DNA of 60,671 nt from Christensenellales bacterium (GTDB lineage Bacteria; Bacillota; Clostridia; Christensenellales; CALWSW01), in NCBI GenBank assembly GCA_050945915.1, contig JBMNTV010000003.1:1-60671 (forward strand), given 5' to 3'. Position numbers and translations under genes: made by a program. Of the stretch, positions 23,907 to 33,324 are shown one piece after another. A model generated the notes under the pieces. The model worked only from the letters and a program-made list of their open reading frames with translations. It had not been told where the DNA came from and searched no databases. Position 1 is the first letter of the stretch. Every line of letters begins with the position of its first letter.

Positions 23907-25874
23907 TCAGTGTTCTTCTTGTGCGACCTCGCAGCAGAACTTCACCTGATTCTTGCCCTCGCTCTTTGCTTCATACAGCGCTTTGTCCGTAAATCCGAAA
24001 AGATCCGCGTGGCCCAAATCTTGATTCGGAACCAACGAAGTAACCCCTATGGTTACGGTAACATAGTCGCTTACTGTCGAAGAAGCATGGGGAATACGAA
24101 GCGCTTCAACTTTTTGCCGTAACATTTCGGCTGTTCTCATGGCTTCTTCCTTCTCGGTCTCGGGCAGTAAGACGACGAACTCATCCCCGCCATAGCGGGC
24201 TACCATATCGGTGGAACGGTTTAAAGAATGATTCAGAACCTCTCCGATCTGAACCAGGCACGTATCCCCGGCCATGTGCCCATAGGAATCGTTGAACTCC
24301 TTAAAAAAGTCGATATCCACGAGCAAGATTGCGATGGGTCTTTGATGTCTTAAGCAGCGGCGCCATTCCTTTTCAATCATTTGATCATATTTCCTCCTGT
24401 TCCATACTCCGGACAATTGATCCTTATAGGAAAGTTTTTGCAAGGTCTGATTTGCAATTTCCAACTCTACTTTTTGCTGTTCTATCTGCTCATTTGATTT
24501 TTTCAAATCCTCGGTGCGTTGTAATACCAGTTCATCCAAGTGGGTGTTGATTTCGGTCAGCCTGGCTGTCAGTACTTCTTCCTGATCCAGTGCATCGGAA
24601 AAATTCTTTGCCAACAACAAAGAGTTCAAAAAAGCAAAGATCAGCTGTCCGATGGAGCTTAAACTTCCCGTTCGAATCAAATCCCTTAAAAATGTGGGCC
24701 CGGCATCATTCATCCAAATGCTAAGGAAAATGATATCGTTTGCACTGCTCAATAACAGGGCCGCTCCGCCAAGAAGGATAAACCAACTGCCTTTTTCCTT
24801 ATTGATGGATAATCTGATTAGGGCGACGGTGATATAGATGATTAACAACCCGCTCCAAATTTGATAGATGGGATTGAACAGCGTGAAGATTCTTGCAGGA
24901 GTAAGGAGAACCAACAGCCCGAAGACAGCGCCAACAACCTGAGCTATTCGTATGATCCGCGCGTGAAAATACCGCGGAAACACCGACCTGAAAAACATCA
25001 GGATCAATGGCACGCCGAGATAGTATGTCAGCGTTTGCAGCTTGTGGGCAACTTCCCAACTAAAATCGGGGAACAGATAGATGAAGAATCGTTCTCCTAC
25101 CAAGATCGTCCTGATTCCGATGGAAAGGCAAAACAACCCGAACCATAATGATGAAACATTCTTCTTCCTGAAAAAGAATAGCGCCAGATGATATGCTCCC
25201 AAGCAGATCAAACATGCAAATACGATCAGTTCTCTGGATAGGTCTTCGAACCGCAGCTTTTGCACATACTTTTCTCCCCCCAGATAGATGCTCTCCAACA
25301 TTCCTCCGCTGCGGTGATGGAAATTCGAAACCTGAATGATGATCTCATTCATCCCCGGCTGCGCGTCAATCAAAGCAACTCGGGGGAGATATTGGGGTAC
25401 CATGGATTCCCGCGTCTTGCCCACTTTTCCGGCCGTGGCAGCCAGTTCTCCATTCACCCAGAGTTCATACGCGGTAAACAGCCTTGGGATCTTCAACGCC
25501 AGCCTTGCTCTTTCCTCTATTTTAAACTGAATCCGAAAGGTTGCATAGCCATATCCCGACTGATTTTCGATTTCTGGGATTTTGTTCCAGGAACTGGGGA
25601 TTTGAATGTACCCGGTTAACGTCCCTGCGTCCGTTTCCCCGGGCGACAATATTTGATACCAGTAAAATTCCCACTCTCCGTCTAAAGCGACAGTGTCATT
25701 TTCAAGCCGCACTTGTGTTAAGTCAAGAACTCCCGATTCAGCCTTGGGTTTGATGTTTACTATTTGGCTGGAACAACCTCCTGATATGAACAGCACAAAT
25801 ACGAGCGCAATGATGATTTGCAGTGCATTTTTTTGTAGTTTCAAAATTGATTCTGCTTTCTGATACCGAAGCAT
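23907..25874 (-). CDS. Diguanylate cyclase with 7TMR-DISM extracellular and 7-TM sensor modules (GGDEF)
   Basis: 655 aa. It has a signal/anchor, a ~170-aa extracellular beta-rich domain, seven hydrophobic helices and a coiled coil. The GGDEF domain contains RYGGDEF. Confidence 0.9.
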   Translation of the reverse strand: MLRYQKAESILKLQKNALQIIIALVFVLFISGGCSSQIVNIKPKAESGVLDLTQVRLENDTVALDGEWEFYWYQILSPGETDAGTLTGYIQIPSSWNKIPEIENQSGYGYATFRIQFKIEERARLALKIPRLFTAYELWVNGELAATAGKVGKTRESMVPQYLPRVALIDAQPGMNEIIIQVSNFHHRSGGMLESIYLGGEKYVQKLRFEDLSRELIVFACLICLGAYHLALFFFRKKNVSSLWFGLFCLSIGIRTILVGERFFIYLFPDFSWEVAHKLQTLTYYLGVPLILMFFRSVFPRYFHARIIRIAQVVGAVFGLLVLLTPARIFTLFNPIYQIWSGLLIIYITVALIRLSINKEKGSWFILLGGAALLLSSANDIIFLSIWMNDAGPTFLRDLIRTGSLSSIGQLIFAFLNSLLLAKNFSDALDQEEVLTARLTEINTHLDELVLQRTEDLKKSNEQIEQQKVELEIANQTLQKLSYKDQLSGVWNRRKYDQMIEKEWRRCLRHQRPIAILLVDIDFFKEFNDSYGHMAGDTCLVQIGEVLNHSLNRSTDMVARYGGDEFVVLLPETEKEEAMRTAEMLRQKVEALRIPHASSTVSDYVTVTIGVTSLVPNQDLGHADLFGFTDKALYEAKSEGKNQVKFCCEVAQEEH

Positions 25875-26053
25875 CCATTTGCATCGTTAATACATAGGGT
25901 GTAATCCTTCCTTATCTATTAATTATCGGCCAAATCCTTCGCAACTTTAACTGCAAAGGCTTTTCCCTACAATAATCACGCAAAGCGATTTTTGAGGGGA
26001 GCCGGATTTGGGGCGAACTTCCCTTGCGAAGCGTACGTTCACAGACAAGACTA

Positions 26054-26106
26054 TTGACATATGCCAAAAACTATTGTATCCTAATCCTAATAAATGGCAT
26101 ATGCCA
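26054..26106 (+). promoter_or_regulatory. Promoter of the DUF134 gene with a palindromic operator candidate
   Basis: TTGACA (26054-26059), a 17-nt spacer, then TATCCT (26077-26082). A perfect 12-bp palindrome TGGCATATGCCA lies at 26095-26106. A related ACATATGCCA overlaps the -35 (26057-26066). Confidence 0.5.
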
Positions 26107-26131
26107 ATTATGATTTGAAAGGATGGTGAAC

Positions 26132-26506
26132 ATGGCAAGACCCAGAAAATGCCGGCGCGTCTGTTGCATGCCGGGGAATCGGCACTTCGGCCCACTGGAG
26201 GATCGCAACACGGAACGCATGAGCATCGTCATGACTGTGGATGAGTATGAGACCATCAGGCTGATTGATTTGGAGCGATTGACGCAGGAAGAATGCGCCG
26301 AACGCATGAATATCGCCCGGACGACCGCCCAGGCAATCTATAACAGCGCGCGCAGGAAACTGGCAGAGGCCCTGGTGCACGGGTTGAAGCTATCCATCCA
26401 TGGCGGCAATTACGTCCTTTGCAATGGAGAAACCTCCGGCTGCGGATTCTGCCACTGCCATCCAAGGAGACGCCGCTTTGGAAATGGCAAAAGCAGCGAA
26501 GAATGA
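26132..26506 (+). CDS. DUF134 (UPF0251) predicted DNA-binding protein
   Basis: ATG 26132. It starts MARPRKCRRVCCMPG, the DUF134 signature, followed by a sigma-70-region-4-like HTH (LTQEECAERMNIARTTAQAIYNSARRKL). Confidence 0.85.
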   Translation: MARPRKCRRVCCMPGNRHFGPLEDRNTERMSIVMTVDEYETIRLIDLERLTQEECAERMNIARTTAQAIYNSARRKLAEALVHGLKLSIHGGNYVLCNGETSGCGFCHCHPRRRRFGNGKSSEE

Positions 26507-26628
26507 ACCCAACCACTCCTCCTTGCAGGCGCAGTTTCGCAGAGGATACAGCTGCACGGCTTGCGAATAATCGGTGGGTTGGCGGAAACAACTCTGATGA
26601 ATCGTGAATGAAATGAAAGGAGTCGAGC

Positions 26629-27015
26629 ATGAGGATCGCGGTGGCTTTTGACAATGGCCAAGTGTTTCAACACTTTGGGCATACCAGAAGGTTTAAGGTT
26701 TATGACATCGAAAACGGCAAAATTGCCGTCATGACGACGATCAACACCAACGGCAGCGGGCATGGCGCCCTTGCCGATATTCTGAAAAAGATCGGCGTGG
26801 ATTCCCTCATCTGCGGCGGGATCGGCGCAGGCGCAAAGAGAGCGTTAGCCGAAACGGGAATCAAACTGTACGGGGGCGTATCCGGCGATGCCGACGAATG
26901 CGTAGAACAGTTGCTGGCGGGAAAACTCAAGTTCAATTCGAATGCTGCGTGTGAACATCAAGGCCGGCACCGCGGGGATGCCTGTGGCGGGCATGGATGC
27001 GGGGAACATCCATAA
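26629..27015 (+). CDS. NifB/NifX-family (dinitrogenase FeMo-cofactor-binding-like) protein
   Basis: 128 aa. It starts MRIAVAFDNGQVFQHFGHTRRFKVYDIENGKI, contains ICGGIGAGA, and has a Cys/His-rich tail. It is a common partner of DUF134 genes. Confidence 0.85.
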   Translation: MRIAVAFDNGQVFQHFGHTRRFKVYDIENGKIAVMTTINTNGSGHGALADILKKIGVDSLICGGIGAGAKRALAETGIKLYGGVSGDADECVEQLLAGKLKFNSNAACEHQGRHRGDACGGHGCGEHP

Positions 27016-27116
27016 GTTCTGCGATCCTTGCCCCCTGTTTGCGGACTCCGCCATCCCGTTGCCACCATCTTCGGTCGCACAGGATGAAAGTATCGCTCCT
27101 AATCCCTTCTTTCAGC

Positions 27117-27145
27117 AAAAACCCGCTTTCTAAGCGGGTTTTTTG
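27117..27145 (+). terminator. Rho-independent terminator
   Basis: ACCCGCTT-tct-AAGCGGGT followed by TTTTT. Confidence 0.85.
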
Positions 27146-27315
27146 CAGTTTTGAAAAAGTCCTTGCATCTGCTTTTAGCAAGTCCTCTGGAAGATCAAGC
27201 AACCACCAGATCCCATTCCATGTTTCAGCGGGCAAAGAGCCGCCGCCAGTTCATAAATTGCATCGCCCATACAGTGCGGGTTCGACCCGGCGCAGCAGTT
27301 TTCCCCGACGGGTGC

Positions 27316-28608
27316 TCATATGGTCGTAGAAAGCAGCAACATGTCGAGGTTTTTGGCGTAGATGGAATCAAACTGCGAAATGGGCAATGGATTGCGCCCG
27401 CGTCCTACCTCGATGGTATAACCCGGTCGACGCCAATCCTGGATAAACCAGTCCTTGTATCCGGCGTAGGAGGCGATCCCCTCCGGACTTGACAGCGTGT
27501 AGCCACTCACGCGCGCAAACTGCTCGCCGATGGCGCGCCCCTCGGGCGGAGCCAGCCCCATAAAGTCCCAGAAGATGACCTCGCCCTGGCTGTGGTAGGC
27601 CATGACCAGCCGGAAGTTGCGATTGCGCGTGAAATCCGCCACAGCCCGGGTTTCCGGCTCGGATTCCGGCGCTGGGCCGGAGTAGCGCGTCGGGCCCGGG
27701 CCGGTGATGCCAAGTTCGGCTTCCGCCCGCTTGGATTCTTCCCAGGCGGCGTTATAATTGTGATTCAGGTCCACACCGCGAATATTTGCCTGCCAGACGG
27801 TGGAAAAATCGCTGCTGCCCCCGTTCCACGCGATCAGCCGGTCGTAATACGGATTATCCGGCGACAAACCGTCAAGCACCAGATCCACCCCGTCTGGATT
27901 GACCATGGGGATGAAATACAGGGAGCTCTGCCGGTAAATTTCCACCGGACTAAAATTCGATCCCAGCGTTTGCCCCCGGGAAAAGGCGTGGGCGAAATCT
28001 TCGATAAACTTCATGAGCACGGGGGTCGTGATCCATTCCAGGGCGTGATGGGCCGCGTTATAGAACACTTCGTTCGGCCCTTCCCCCAACCGCAGATAAT
28101 ACAGGTTTTTGCCCAGCACGCTCCGCCCCGCCACGCCGACTTGAAGGAAGGGAAAGCGCGCCTTCAGGCCCTGGATGTCCCGTTCAAGGACAGCGTAGGT
28201 GTAATCGATATTGGTGTCCACCACCGGAATTTCATCGGGAATGATGAGCTGCTGACCCACAAAGATCCGGTCGGGATCGACATTCGGATTGGCGGTCAGA
28301 ATGGCCTCCACGCTGGTGCCGAAAGCCCGGGCGATACCCCAAACCGTGTTCCCCGGCCGCACCGTATACACGTCGTAACCCAGCAGGAAACGCTCCATGA
28401 CACGCCACGTCGCCGGCCCGACAATGCCGTCCGGGACGAGACCGAACCGTCGCTGAAAGCGCTGTACCGCGCTTTGTGTCTGGGCGCCGAAAATCCCGTC
28501 AATGGGCCCGGGATCGTGGCCGATCTTTCGTAACATCGCCTGCATTTCCATGACATCTGTGCCAGACATGCCATAGCGCAGCGTCCTCAAGCGCACCACC
28601 TCATTCAA
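27316..28608 (-). CDS. M14-family gamma-D-glutamyl-(L)-diamino acid peptidase-like enzyme with PG_binding_1 and LysM domains
   Basis: 430 aa. It has a PG-binding domain (IDGIFGAQTQSAVQRFQRRFGLVPDGIVG) and a LysM domain (YTVRPGNTVWGIARAFGTSVEAIL). The M14 zinc motif is HHALEW. Confidence 0.85.
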   Translation of the reverse strand: MNEVVRLRTLRYGMSGTDVMEMQAMLRKIGHDPGPIDGIFGAQTQSAVQRFQRRFGLVPDGIVGPATWRVMERFLLGYDVYTVRPGNTVWGIARAFGTSVEAILTANPNVDPDRIFVGQQLIIPDEIPVVDTNIDYTYAVLERDIQGLKARFPFLQVGVAGRSVLGKNLYYLRLGEGPNEVFYNAAHHALEWITTPVLMKFIEDFAHAFSRGQTLGSNFSPVEIYRQSSLYFIPMVNPDGVDLVLDGLSPDNPYYDRLIAWNGGSSDFSTVWQANIRGVDLNHNYNAAWEESKRAEAELGITGPGPTRYSGPAPESEPETRAVADFTRNRNFRLVMAYHSQGEVIFWDFMGLAPPEGRAIGEQFARVSGYTLSSPEGIASYAGYKDWFIQDWRRPGYTIEVGRGRNPLPISQFDSIYAKNLDMLLLSTTI

Positions 28609-28749
28609 AAGTCATTTCACGCCATTATATGTGCGGCCATACGCGCGGTTTACAAATCGCTCCCAAAGGATTCCTTTGGGACATGCAGAGACAAACCCGA
28701 CAGTTGCTGGTATACTTGGCTGGATCTTTGCTTTACACAGGAGGAGCCC

Positions 28750-29814
28750 TTGAAAAATACTGCGTGCGAACCGGTCCAAACCAACCCACTTGGCGATATG
28801 GTGTCACCCCTTCTGGCATGGTATGACGAAAACGCCAGGGTATTGCCCTGGCGAAGGGATTTGAACCCTTACCGCGTATGGGTGTCCGAAATCATGCTTC
28901 AGCAGACGCGGGTGGAAGCGGTCATTCCGTATTATCACCGCTTTCTCCGCCAGTTCCCGGACATCCAGAGCCTGGCAGAGGCGGACGAAGAAAAGCTCTT
29001 GAAACTCTGGGAAGGGCTGGGCTATTACCGCCGCGCGAAAAACTTGCATAAGGCCGCGCAAGAAATCATGGAAAACCATGGCGGCAGGTTCCCGAAAGAA
29101 TACAGGGACATTCGCGCCCTGCCGGGCATCGGGGACTATACGGCGGGGGCCATCGCCTCCATCTGCTTCGGACAGCCCGTTCCTGCGGTGGATGGAAATG
29201 TGCTGCGCGTCATCGCGCGGCTGACGGGATGCCGCCAGGACGTTTCCGCACAGAAAGTGAAAAGGAATGTCGCAAACCTGCTGGAAGCAATTTATCCGGC
29301 AACGCGTTGCGGCGATTTCACGCAGGCTTTGATGGAACTGGGCGCAGTGATCTGCCTTCCCAATGGCGTGCCCAAATGCGGCGACTGCCCGCTTCACTTT
29401 ATGTGCTACGCATGCCAGACCAATACGCAGATGTCGCTTCCCGTCAAATCCAAAAAGCCTCCCAGAAAGAAGGAGGAAAAAACCGTCTTCCTGCTTCGGT
29501 GCGGCGACAGGATTGCGATCCGGCAACGCGAGGCGGGCGCCCTTCTTGGCGGGCTTTGGGAGTTCCCCAACGCAGAAGGCAACCTGACCCCGGCTCAGGC
29601 GCAGGGCATACTCACACAATGGAAAATTGCGGTTGCCGCGATTGCCGAAGGGCTTCACAGGAAACACGTTTTTACCCATGTGGAATGGAGCATGGTGAGC
29701 TATGTCGTTTCTTGTGAGAACATGCCCGACGCGTTTTCCTGGGTGACGAAAGAAACACTTCTTGCGGAACGGACTTTGCCCTCCGCCTTCCGTCCCTTTT
29801 TGAGCCTTCTTTGA
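28750..29814 (+). CDS. mutY: A/G-specific adenine DNA glycosylase MutY
   Basis: TTG 28750 lies 5 nt after AGGAGG. It has the HhH-GPD region (VWVSEIMLQQTRVEAV, GLGYYRRAKNLH) and the 4Fe-4S Cys cluster (C-x6-C-x2-C-x5-C). The C-terminal domain is NUDIX-like. Confidence 0.93.
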   Translation: MKNTACEPVQTNPLGDMVSPLLAWYDENARVLPWRRDLNPYRVWVSEIMLQQTRVEAVIPYYHRFLRQFPDIQSLAEADEEKLLKLWEGLGYYRRAKNLHKAAQEIMENHGGRFPKEYRDIRALPGIGDYTAGAIASICFGQPVPAVDGNVLRVIARLTGCRQDVSAQKVKRNVANLLEAIYPATRCGDFTQALMELGAVICLPNGVPKCGDCPLHFMCYACQTNTQMSLPVKSKKPPRKKEEKTVFLLRCGDRIAIRQREAGALLGGLWEFPNAEGNLTPAQAQGILTQWKIAVAAIAEGLHRKHVFTHVEWSMVSYVVSCENMPDAFSWVTKETLLAERTLPSAFRPFLSLL

Positions 29815-30069
29815 GCGGGAAAGCAAAAAGGGTTCAAAAACCATCTTTCTGACGGAGCGCTGCTCCTTCGATTTGGTTGCATAAGGATCGCCGAGAATGC
29901 GCAAGTTGATATCGAGGTGATCCCATGCCAAAAGACAGCCAGCCCGATCCGAAAAATGTCCGGACGGAAAAGTGTAACGGGCAGATCCCACTGACCCGAG
30001 AAAACCAAAACCAGAACAAGAACGCAAAGAAGCAGTCCATCAAAAGAAACGACGTTTAAGGAGGAAGAA

Positions 30070-30231
30070 ATGGCAAAAGCGGGAATGCGACGCCCGGACC
30101 CCAGAGAACCCCACGGCACCGAGAGCAACCACAAAACCCATATGCCCAAAAACGACATGCCCCCTGTACCGGAAATCCAGGGAAAGGCCAAAACCACCAA
30201 GCAAAAAGCCAATCCCATCATCAAGCCGTAA
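30070..30231 (+). CDS. Candidate small hydrophilic protein (53 aa)
   Basis: ATG 30070 lies 6 nt after AAGGAGG. The product is MAKAGMRRPDPREPHGTESNHKTHMPKNDMPPVPEIQGKAKTTKQKANPIIKP. It competes with an antisense 204-aa ORF (29700-30314) in the shared-wobble frame. It is too short for the track. See the findings. Confidence 0.35.
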   Translation: MAKAGMRRPDPREPHGTESNHKTHMPKNDMPPVPEIQGKAKTTKQKANPIIKP

Positions 30232-30442
30232 GCCGTATCTCTTTTTTTATTGCCGATTCTTTGCCACTCCCTCCTTCTCCCCTGCAACTTTGATCGCATG
30301 CGCAACAGCAACAATCCGAACCAAGAAGCGACCGATGTGCTGCATATGCCCGTCGGCGCATTTTTATTGTGGCTGCAATCGATCTTCTCTCAAAGAACGG
30401 GGGCGGCAAAAATCGGCATGCAAGAAGGGATACTTGGCCGCA

Positions 30443-31021
30443 TCATCCATTCACCATCAGCTCAGGCAGTTCGCTGGTCAGCTTGATCAGCATTTCCGCC
30501 ATAAATCGCGGGGATTTTTTCATATCGTCGTTGAGCCATTTCTGGATGGCTCCGATACAGCCGGTGAGCGTAAAGGCATAGATGTATTCCGCATCCTCTT
30601 TGGAAATTTTGCCGCTTTTGGTGAGCTCAATGATGTTTTTTTCGTAGACGAGGGTCATCACGCGCTTTTGAAAGTTGATGTCCCCCCGTTCGCTGAGCAG
30701 CAGCCTGCAAAGCCGCGCGTTTTCCTGGATGTACTCGAAAATCCGCTCCACAATGTCCACCGGCACGACGGGCATTTCGTTCTTGGTATAGGCGGAAAGG
30801 TACATATCCACGTTGTCAAACAGTTCGTCCTGAATTTTGCGCATCAGATCGTACTGGTCGGTATAGTGCGCGTAAAAGGTCGCGCGGTTGATATCGGCGT
30901 TTTCACAGATCTCCTTGATGGTGATCTGCGAAATGTCTTTTTCCTCCAATAGCGCAATGAAGCTCTCCTTCAGGACCATTTTTGTATATTTGACCCGTCT
31001 GTCCTCCTTTCGGGCTCGCAT
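30443..31021 (-). CDS. TetR/AcrR-family transcriptional regulator
   Basis: ATG 31021 lies 5 nt after GGAGGGAA (the track ORF starts 5 codons earlier). The HTH is ITIKEICENADINRATFYAHY. It is divergent from the MMPL gene. Confidence 0.9.
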   Translation of the reverse strand: MRARKEDRRVKYTKMVLKESFIALLEEKDISQITIKEICENADINRATFYAHYTDQYDLMRKIQDELFDNVDMYLSAYTKNEMPVVPVDIVERIFEYIQENARLCRLLLSERGDINFQKRVMTLVYEKNIIELTKSGKISKEDAEYIYAFTLTGCIGAIQKWLNDDMKKSPRFMAEMLIKLTSELPELMVNG

Positions 31022-31234
31022 GGCGTTTCCCTCCATTTTCGTTTGATTTGTTGAATGCTAAACACGTCGCCCTCTGTATGTCGGGCAATCGTCATTTCGT
31101 AAATATCTGATTATTTTATCTTCAACACATTGACATTATACTATATTTTAGAACGTTTTTAAACACACTGTTAAATGAACGGCACACGTTGAGTAAAGGT
31201 GCCCAGCCTTTCATTGGAATAAGGAGGATCCTGC

Positions 31235-33310
31235 ATGGAAAGGTTTTCGCAGGTGGTCACAACGCATAAAAAAACCGTCATCATTATGTTCCTTGCCCTG
31301 GCTGCGGTCTGCGCTTTGCTTGCAGGGCTGATTTCGGTAAATTACAACATGGTGGATTATCTGCCCCAGGATGCGCAATCCACCAAAGCCATTTCCATCA
31401 TTCAGGAAGAGTTCAAAGAAGACACTCCCAACACAAGGGTGATGCTGACCGACGTGACCATACGCGAAGCCCTCGCGTTTAAGGATCAAATTGCCGCCAT
31501 TCCCGGCGTCAACTCGGTCAACTGGCTGGACGACGTGCTGGGCAGGGATGTCCTGTCCGTCACGCCGCCGGAGTTTTTGGACGCTTCCATTACGAAGAAT
31601 TACTACAAGGACGGCAATGCCCTGTTGAACGTATCCATCGAAAGCGGAATGGAATCGGCGGCGATTGGCGGGATCCGTAAAGCGATCGGGGAAGGCGGCG
31701 CCGTTGCGGGCGACGCGGCAAATGCCGCCACCATGCAGGAACTCGCGGTAACCGAAGTGGTAAACGCCATGGCGATCCTGATCCCGCTTGTGCTGATCAT
31801 CCTCACCCTCTCCTCCACGTCCTGGCTGGAGCCGCTTTTATTCGTATTTACCATTGGCGTTGCCGTAATGATCAACATGGGAACCTCTGCCTTCTTTGGC
31901 GAGTTTTCCTTCGTGACCCAAACCGTCAGTCCGGTTCTGCAGCTTGCGGTTTCGTTGGATTACGCCATCTTTCTGCTGCACAGTTTCAACGATTACCTTT
32001 CCTCCCATGAACCCGAAAAAGCAATGCGGCTTGCCATGAAGCGATCGCTGCCCACGGTGGCGGCCAGCGCGGCCACCACTGTGATCGGTTTTGTGGCTTT
32101 GCTGTTCATGCGGTTTGGCATCGGGTCGGATTTGGGCATCCACCTGGCCAAGGGTATCGTGCTGAGCTTCCTTTCCGTGATGATCTTCCTGCCCGCATTG
32201 ACCCTTGCGTCTTTCAAGCTGTTGGAAAAGACAAAGCACAAAAGCCTTGTCCCCAGCTTTGAAAAACCCGGCAAAGCCCTGATGAAAGCGCGAATTCCCT
32301 TCATGGCGTTGGCGCTTGTGGTGGTGGTTCCGTGTTTTCTCGCGCAGTCCAACACGGAGTTCATGTACGGCATGGGCAGTATGGCGGAAAGTACCCAGGC
32401 AGGAAAGGACGCCGTACGGATCGAAGCCGTGTTTGGGAAGGAAAATGCCTTGGTGTTGCTGATTCCAAAGGAAAACCAGGGGAAAGAAAGCACCCTTTGC
32501 GACGAGCTTTCCGCCATTCCCCATGTGACCAGCGTGGTTTCCTATACCACGGCTGTGGGCGCGGAGATTCCGCCGGATTACGTCCCCGAGGAGGTTGCCC
32601 ACCAGTTTTACTCCGAGCGATACGCCAGAATCATCCTGTATACGGATAACCCCGAAGAGGGCGAACAGACCTTTGACACCGTGCAATCGGTGCTCAATAC
32701 CGCCAAAAGGTATTACGATACCTATTACCTTACCGGTCAGAGCGCGACCCTTTTTGACATGAAAGGCGTGGTGGAGATGGATACGGGGATTGTCAATCTT
32801 GTGGCAGTCATCGGCATTTTCCTCGTGATCCTGTTGACCTTCCGCTCAATTTCTGTGCCGGTATTCCTTGTGTTTGCCATCGAAACCGCGATATGGATCA
32901 ACCTTTCCATCGCGTACTTCACGGACAGCTCCCTCAGCTTCATCGGGTATCTCATTGTCAGCACCGTGCAGCTGGGGGCGACGGTGGATTACGCCATCCT
33001 CCTGACCAACCACTATCTGACGAACAGAAAAGAGCTTCCAAAAAAAGAAGCCATGCACCAGACGCTTGCGGGCAATCTGTCTGCCATCCTGCTGTCTGCC
33101 AGCATCCTTTCGATTGCGGGGTTTACCCTTTCGGTGACCTCCAGCAACCCCATCGTGTCGGAGCTTGGCGTCCTTTTAGGCAGGGGCACGATCCTGTCCT
33201 TCGTGATGGTGGTTTGCGTACTGCCCGCGCTGCTTGTACTGTTTGACGGATTGATCAAAAAAACAACGCTGAAAAGCGGCTTCAGCCGTAAAAATGTCGA
33301 GTCCATCTAA
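31235..33310 (+). CDS. MMPL/RND-superfamily membrane transporter
   Basis: 691 aa with an AAGGAGG SD. It has two repeats of one TM, a large extracytoplasmic loop and five TM, the typical MMPL topology. Confidence 0.9.
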   Translation: MERFSQVVTTHKKTVIIMFLALAAVCALLAGLISVNYNMVDYLPQDAQSTKAISIIQEEFKEDTPNTRVMLTDVTIREALAFKDQIAAIPGVNSVNWLDDVLGRDVLSVTPPEFLDASITKNYYKDGNALLNVSIESGMESAAIGGIRKAIGEGGAVAGDAANAATMQELAVTEVVNAMAILIPLVLIILTLSSTSWLEPLLFVFTIGVAVMINMGTSAFFGEFSFVTQTVSPVLQLAVSLDYAIFLLHSFNDYLSSHEPEKAMRLAMKRSLPTVAASAATTVIGFVALLFMRFGIGSDLGIHLAKGIVLSFLSVMIFLPALTLASFKLLEKTKHKSLVPSFEKPGKALMKARIPFMALALVVVVPCFLAQSNTEFMYGMGSMAESTQAGKDAVRIEAVFGKENALVLLIPKENQGKESTLCDELSAIPHVTSVVSYTTAVGAEIPPDYVPEEVAHQFYSERYARIILYTDNPEEGEQTFDTVQSVLNTAKRYYDTYYLTGQSATLFDMKGVVEMDTGIVNLVAVIGIFLVILLTFRSISVPVFLVFAIETAIWINLSIAYFTDSSLSFIGYLIVSTVQLGATVDYAILLTNHYLTNRKELPKKEAMHQTLAGNLSAILLSASILSIAGFTLSVTSSNPIVSELGVLLGRGTILSFVMVVCVLPALLVLFDGLIKKTTLKSGFSRKNVESI

Positions 33311-33324
33311 AAGGAGTGTAAGAG

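Noticed and set aside
26095-26106. TGGCAT... read as a sigma-54 -24 element
   Set aside because: The required GC/TTGC -12 element at the correct spacing is absent (the sequence continues ATGCCAATTA). The site is better explained as a palindromic operator next to a sigma-A-type promoter.
28804-30027. 407-aa minus-strand ORF
   Set aside because: It is antisense to mutY. It has an Arg/Gly/Phe/His-rich product and no SD. The same reasoning applies to 27592-28533 (+), 33307-34317 (-), 31838-32686 (-), 20367-21545 (+), 44608-45351 (-) and 54692-55318 (+).
29700-30314. 204-aa minus-strand 'membrane protein' ORF
   Set aside because: It is not listed as a feature. It has a TTG start without SD and a 115-nt antisense overlap with mutY. 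It lies in the shared-wobble shadow frame of plus-strand frames throughout. Its hydrophobicity is what the complement of K/T/N/P codons produces. It remains an open alternative in the findings.
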